Part shown: piece after piece, positions 56,956 to 60,866 of the stretch
How positions within the stretch are numbered: position 1 is the first letter of the stretch
Layout of the letters: the number at the start of each line of letters is the position of its first letter
Origin: Acidimicrobiia bacterium
GTDB lineage: Bacteria; Actinomycetota; Acidimicrobiia; Spongiisociales; ZC4RG35
NCBI GenBank assembly: GCA_048595045.1
Contig: JBMDXS010000224.1
Span: 1-60,866 of the forward strand
Direction of reading: 5' to 3'
Length of the DNA stretch: 60,866 nt
The notes under the pieces: generated by a model
Seen by the model: the letters and a program-made list of their open reading frames with translations, nothing else
Databases searched by the model: none
Told to the model about the DNA's origin: nothing
Position numbers and translations under genes: made by a program

Positions 56956-58290
56956 TTGGGATCGGGAGATGCGATATTCGACACCGTGGCTCCCAATTTC
57001 GACGTAGTCGTAGTCGGATCCGGCTCGGCTGGATCACCGGCCGCGATCGCATCGGCCCGGGCGGGTGCCCGAACGCTGCTCGTCGAGAAGCTCCCTTTCC
57101 TCGGTGGCAACTCGACCGCGGTGCTCGACACGTTCTACGGCTTCTACACCCCGGGTGAGCGGGCGATCAAGTTGGTGGGTGGCGTAGCCGACGACGTGGT
57201 CGGCCGTCTCCGTCGCCTGGGTGAGGTGGTGGAGCGACCCAATACCTACGGGGCCGGGACCGGGGTCACCTATCTGGCGGAGCATCTCAAGGTGGCGTGG
57301 GAACAGCTGGTCCTGGAGGCCGGCGTCACCGTGCTACTGCACGCCTTCGTCCAGGATGTGGAAGTCGAGGACGGTCGCGTCACCACGCTCGTGGCCGCTA
57401 CCAAGGCCGGGCTGATGAAAGTCGACACCACCGTCGTCGTGGATGCCTCAGGCGATGCCGACGTGTGCCATCACGCCGGATTCGGTTACGAGCTGGCCGG
57501 GGAGATCGATTCGGCCCAGACCCTGACCACCACCTTCCGAATGGTCAACGTCGATCACGAGCGCAGGCGAACCATCGACAAGGCCCGTTTCCACGAGTTG
57601 ATGGAGGAGGCGGCGGAGTCGGGTGACTACCAGCTGCCCCGGCGAGAGGGGAGCGATCACATAACCCCCATCCACGGCATGACCGCCACCGTCATGACCA
57701 GGATCGAGCACGTCGGCCACGACGACGCCGGCCAAGTGATCAACGCCACCGATCCGGAGGTTCTCACTCGTGCCGAGATCGAGGGGCGGCGTCAGGCGCT
57801 CGAGTACGCCCGCTTTCTCGTCGATCGTGTGCCCGGTTACGAGAGGGCCTCCCTGGCCTCCCTGAGCAGCCAGATCGGCCTGCGGGAGACGAGGAGGGTT
57901 TACGGCGACTATCGAGTGACGAGAGATGACGTGTTGTCTGCCCGCCAGTTCGACGACCAGATTGGGCTATGTGGGGCGCCGATCGAGGATCACATCCCGG
58001 GCGAGACGACGACCTGGGAGTACCTCCCCGAGGGCACCGCCGTGGGCATCCCGTTTCGCAGCCTGGTTGCCCGGGACGGTTCGAACGCCCTCGCCCCGGG
58101 TCGGTGCTTCTCGGCTACCCACGACGCGCAGGCATCGATCCGGTCGATGGCGCAATGCATGGCGATGGGCCAGGCCGCCGGGCTGGCCGCGGCGATAGCG
58201 GCGGCGGGTGGGGGCGAGGTCAGATCCGTCGACCCCGGTCGGCTCCGTGATGGGTTGCGGGCCGCCGGGGCGATCCTCGAGATGTCGTGA
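56956..58290 (+). CDS. FAD-dependent oxidoreductase (GIDA/FAD_oxidored-like family)
   Basis: DVVVVGSGSAGSPAAIASARAGARTLLVEKLPFLGGNST. TTG 56956 or GTG 56986 start. Confidence 0.75.
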   Translation: MGSGDAIFDTVAPNFDVVVVGSGSAGSPAAIASARAGARTLLVEKLPFLGGNSTAVLDTFYGFYTPGERAIKLVGGVADDVVGRLRRLGEVVERPNTYGAGTGVTYLAEHLKVAWEQLVLEAGVTVLLHAFVQDVEVEDGRVTTLVAATKAGLMKVDTTVVVDASGDADVCHHAGFGYELAGEIDSAQTLTTTFRMVNVDHERRRTIDKARFHELMEEAAESGDYQLPRREGSDHITPIHGMTATVMTRIEHVGHDDAGQVINATDPEVLTRAEIEGRRQALEYARFLVDRVPGYERASLASLSSQIGLRETRRVYGDYRVTRDDVLSARQFDDQIGLCGAPIEDHIPGETTTWEYLPEGTAVGIPFRSLVARDGSNALAPGRCFSATHDAQASIRSMAQCMAMGQAAGLAAAIAAAGGGEVRSVDPGRLRDGLRAAGAILEMS

Positions 58291-59192
58291 CCGGCTTCGC
58301 CCGAACTGTGCTCGGCGACATCGAGGCCGACCGGCTCGGGACCGTGCTGGCCCACGAGCATCTGATCATCGACAGCCCGATCGTGGCCGCGAGCATGCCA
58401 CACATCCATCTGCCCTCGGTCGATGAGGCGGTTACGGAGTCGAAGCTGATGATGGAGGCCGGGGTGGGAACCGTGGTGGACGCCATGCCGGCCGGCTCCG
58501 GTGGCCACCGCGGCCGGCTCGCCGAAGTGTCTCGACAAGTCGGCCTCAACATCGTCGCCACCACGGGCATGCACACGGCGCGCTACTACGAGCCGGGTGA
58601 CCGGCATCTCGGCGACCCGGCCCCAGAGTTGGCCCTTAGCTTCATCCGAGAGATCACCGGCCCTTCCCCAACGGCGGGCGTGATCAAGGTGGCCACCATG
58701 GGTCTCGACCCCAGCGAGCAGGAACTTCGCCTCTTCGAGGCGGCTGCGATGGCCGTCGTGGCCACCGGTGCTCCGGTGCTGACCCATTGCGAAGATGGCG
58801 TGGGTGCCATGGCCCAGATCGAATTGCTCAGCCGCCTCGGCATCCCGTTGTCACGGGTGTGCATCTCCCACACCGACAAGGTGGCGGACCGGGGTTATCA
58901 CCGAGCCCTCCTGGACGCAGGAGCCTTGCTCTGTCTCGACCAGGGCTTGCGGGAGAGCGAGCGGACAGCGGCTCTGGTGGTGGAGTTGGTCGCCGATGGG
59001 TACGGCAACCAGCTGCTCATCGGCACCGACGCGGCCCGTCGAACACTGTGGTCGAGCCTCGGCGGTTCGCGCGGGCCGGGGTGGATGAACGGCGGGTTCC
59101 GAGCCCTCCTCGCGCACCGCGGCTTGGAGGATGAACAGATCGTCAGGTTGTTCGTGGACAACCCGGCCCGATGGCTGACCAGATCCGGCTAG
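58287..59192 (+). CDS. Phosphotriesterase-related (PTE/PHP family) amidohydrolase-fold protein, possibly a lactonase
   Basis: GTGA overlap with the upstream gene. Metal ligands all present: LAHEHLII (HxH), GVIKVAT (bridging Lys), VLTHCE, CISHTD, IGTDAAR. Confidence 0.75.
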   Translation: MTGFARTVLGDIEADRLGTVLAHEHLIIDSPIVAASMPHIHLPSVDEAVTESKLMMEAGVGTVVDAMPAGSGGHRGRLAEVSRQVGLNIVATTGMHTARYYEPGDRHLGDPAPELALSFIREITGPSPTAGVIKVATMGLDPSEQELRLFEAAAMAVVATGAPVLTHCEDGVGAMAQIELLSRLGIPLSRVCISHTDKVADRGYHRALLDAGALLCLDQGLRESERTAALVVELVADGYGNQLLIGTDAARRTLWSSLGGSRGPGWMNGGFRALLAHRGLEDEQIVRLFVDNPARWLTRSG

Positions 59193-59866
59193 AGGTCGGC
59201 AGCGGCGGCGGAGTCGGCCAGGACGACTGCGTTGTGGTGCTCCCGCAGGAAGCTGGCCGGGATCTCCGGCCCGATCGGTCCCGTGATGACCCGGTCCAGT
59301 ATCCCGGCTTTGTGCCCGCCGGTGACAACCAGCCACAACTCCCCAGCCTGCAGCAACTCATACATCCCGACCGTGATCCCCCAGGAGGGTCGGGTGGACG
59401 CCCCGTAGGCCCGCGCCCCATCGGCTGTCGTCTCGTGGAGCCGCACGACGCGAGTGCGGGACACCCGGGTGGAGCCGGGCTCATTCATCCCGACGTGGCC
59501 GTTGCGACCTAGGCCAACGACGGCGAGATCGAGGACGCCTCTCGTGATGAGCTTCCCGTAATCGGTGGCGGCCAGTTCGGGGTCGGCGGCGTCGACATCC
59601 GGTCCATGGAACGGCACCCCCGGAAGGTCGCGACGAAGCATGGCGGCGCACCGTGCGGGGTCGTCCTCGGGCAGGCCACCGAACTCGTCGAGAAGGAACA
59701 CCTCGGGGGCACCGGCCACCATGGTGCTCCCGTAGACGGGACTGGTCGTCGCCCCGGTGGCAAGACAGACCCGTTTGCCTGGGTCGGCTCCCAACACCGC
59801 TGCCAGTCTGGCGCCGACCCGCATCGGCCACTCACCGCTGGGGATGACCTCGAGGTCGAGACTCAA
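59189..59866 (-). CDS. Glucosamine-6-phosphate deaminase / 6-phosphogluconolactonase-family (NagB/Pgl-like) protein
   Basis: [39 protein letters not shown] start at 59866 forms a TTGA overlap with the upstream stop. The ORF-track 283-aa version has a junk-like N-terminus. Confidence 0.65.
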   Translation of the reverse strand: MSLDLEVIPSGEWPMRVGARLAAVLGADPGKRVCLATGATTSPVYGSTMVAGAPEVFLLDEFGGLPEDDPARCAAMLRRDLPGVPFHGPDVDAADPELAATDYGKLITRGVLDLAVVGLGRNGHVGMNEPGSTRVSRTRVVRLHETTADGARAYGASTRPSWGITVGMYELLQAGELWLVVTGGHKAGILDRVITGPIGPEIPASFLREHHNAVVLADSAAAADL

Positions 59867-60866
59867 CCCGAAACGACGACGTCGAACACCGATCCGGTGT
59901 CCTTGTCGCTGAGGATCAGTTTCCGTCTCCCGTCGGGGAGGGTCTCCTCCTTGACGATGGCGTGCCCTTCGTGGGTAGGAGCGGTCTTGCCGATCTTCGG
60001 CGTGGACCCTGCTCTCCATTCCATCTCTACTGGCTCCCATTGCCGTGATGCAGCCGATGAGTACGCGGCGTCCATGATGGCGTTCACCACGTACCCGTCG
60101 TAGATGGTCTCCCGCGGTGCCCGATCCGCCTCGAGCGAGTCGAACATGTCGGCGAACATTGCGGTGTACCCGAGTTCGCTGATCTCGTCGCCCACGGGGA
60201 ACAGCCAGCCCTCGGTCGACTCCAACTTCTCTGCCACATAGCCGCCGCCTCCACCAGAGCTGTACATCTCATACCCGGTGCGGAGGAAGTGATTGAGCCA
60301 GATGGTCCCTTCCGTGCCGGCCACCTCGTCCCGGAGGTCCATGCCGCCCCGGAAGGTCCAGCTCACCTCGAACTGACCCAAAGCGCCCGATTCGAAGCGG
60401 ATGAGCACCACCGCGTTGTCCTCGGCCTCGATGGGGTGGACCAGGGTGTCGGCCCAGGCGATCACCTCCATCGGCCGGTTGCCTTTGCCAACGAAGTTGC
60501 GGATGATCTCTATGCAATGACAGCCGAGGTCGACGATGGCGCCACCTCCGGCCATCTCCTTGTCCCAGAACCAGGCGGAGTGGGGCCCGGGGTGGGTCTC
60601 GCGTGACCGGACCCATGTGACGTCACCGATCGCACCCGATGCGACCGAGTCGACCGCCTTCATGGTCTTGGGGGTGTAGACCAGGTCCTCGAGGTAGCCG
60701 CCGAAGATCCCGGCCCCCTCCACGACATCGAGGATGCGCTTGGCCTCAGTCGCATCCCTGGCCAGCGGCTTGGTGACCAGGACCGCTTTGCCTGCGGCGG
60801 CGGTGAGGGCGATCGCCTCCTCGTGGAGGAAGTTGGGCAGGCCGACCACCACCACGTCGGTATCGG
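59863..60866 (-). CDS. Gfo/Idh/MocA-family oxidoreductase, 5' end beyond the window
   Basis: The frame stays open to the window edge. ...[27 protein letters not shown] and C-terminal dimerisation-domain-like sequence. Confidence 0.8.
   Translation of the reverse strand, partial: DTDVVVVGLPNFLHEEAIALTAAAGKAVLVTKPLARDATEAKRILDVVEGAGIFGGYLEDLVYTPKTMKAVDSVASGAIGDVTWVRSRETHPGPHSAWFWDKEMAGGGAIVDLGCHCIEIIRNFVGKGNRPMEVIAWADTLVHPIEAEDNAVVLIRFESGALGQFEVSWTFRGGMDLRDEVAGTEGTIWLNHFLRTGYEMYSSGGGGGYVAEKLESTEGWLFPVGDEISELGYTAMFADMFDSLEADRAPRETIYDGYVVNAIMDAAYSSAASRQWEPVEMEWRAGSTPKIGKTAPTHEGHAIVKEETLPDGRRKLILSDKDTGSVFDVVVSG

Noticed and set aside
54846-57131. Very long antisense ORFs, e.g. 54846-57131 (761 aa), 41639-42871 (410 aa), 46494-47762 (422 aa), 19004-20407 (467 aa), 53535-54620 (361 aa) and 24211-25290 (359 aa).
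   Set aside because: They lie opposite or out of frame to ORFs with clear family motifs. Their translations are Arg/Pro/Gly/His-rich with no motifs. These are typical shadow ORFs of high-GC DNA where stop codons are rare.
59189-59192. Convergent genes sharing overlapping stop codons (CTAG) with no terminator between them.
   Set aside because: This is real in the sequence, but it is a common consequence of compact gene packing. There is no evidence of regulatory significance.

Overview
High-GC chromosomal segment with an actinobacterial character: frequent GTG/TTG starts, many 4-nt start/stop overlaps, Cys-lipobox signal peptides and a SARP-type regulator. I support about 60 protein-coding genes. 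I saw no rRNA, tRNA, CRISPR array, transposase, integrase or phage genes, and no obvious compositional island. Left to right: (1) miscellaneous redox genes and an HD/LuxR regulator broken by a frame shift (1-6.6 kb). (2) A minus-strand string of S9 peptidase, orphan histidine kinase, cupredoxin lipoprotein, orphan CoxL-type molybdenum hydroxylase, HAD, DDAH-like enzyme and DAO-type oxidase (6.8-15.7 kb). (3) A divergent APAH/aminotransferase versus DmpA/orphan-FabH module (15.7-20.2 kb). (4) A NarL-type two-component pair (20.4-22.2 kb). (5) A GntR-associated catabolic island: CrtI-like oxidoreductase, NitT/TauT-type ABC importer, IolD-like ThDP hydrolase, two dehydrogenases and a cupin (22.9-32.5 kb). 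(6) The most unusual locus (32.7-41.5 kb): a SARP/P-loop/TPR regulator divergent from a tightly coupled six-gene operon. That operon encodes three paralogous kinase-less polytopic sensor-like membrane proteins, a PP2C(SpoIIE)-RsbW-type kinase fusion and two STAS proteins, with no sigma factor anywhere in the window. (7) A large ROK-regulated sugar-utilisation locus: CUT2-type ABC importer, Gfo/Idh/MocA dehydrogenases, TIM-barrel isomerase, FAD oxidoreductase, phosphotriesterase-like hydrolase, NagB/Pgl-like enzyme, SIS protein, ROK kinase, DeoC and Eda-like aldolase (44.4-60.9 kb). All functional calls come from motif recognition by eye, with no database searches. Many long Arg/Pro-rich ORFs in the six-frame track are high-GC shadow frames and were discarded.
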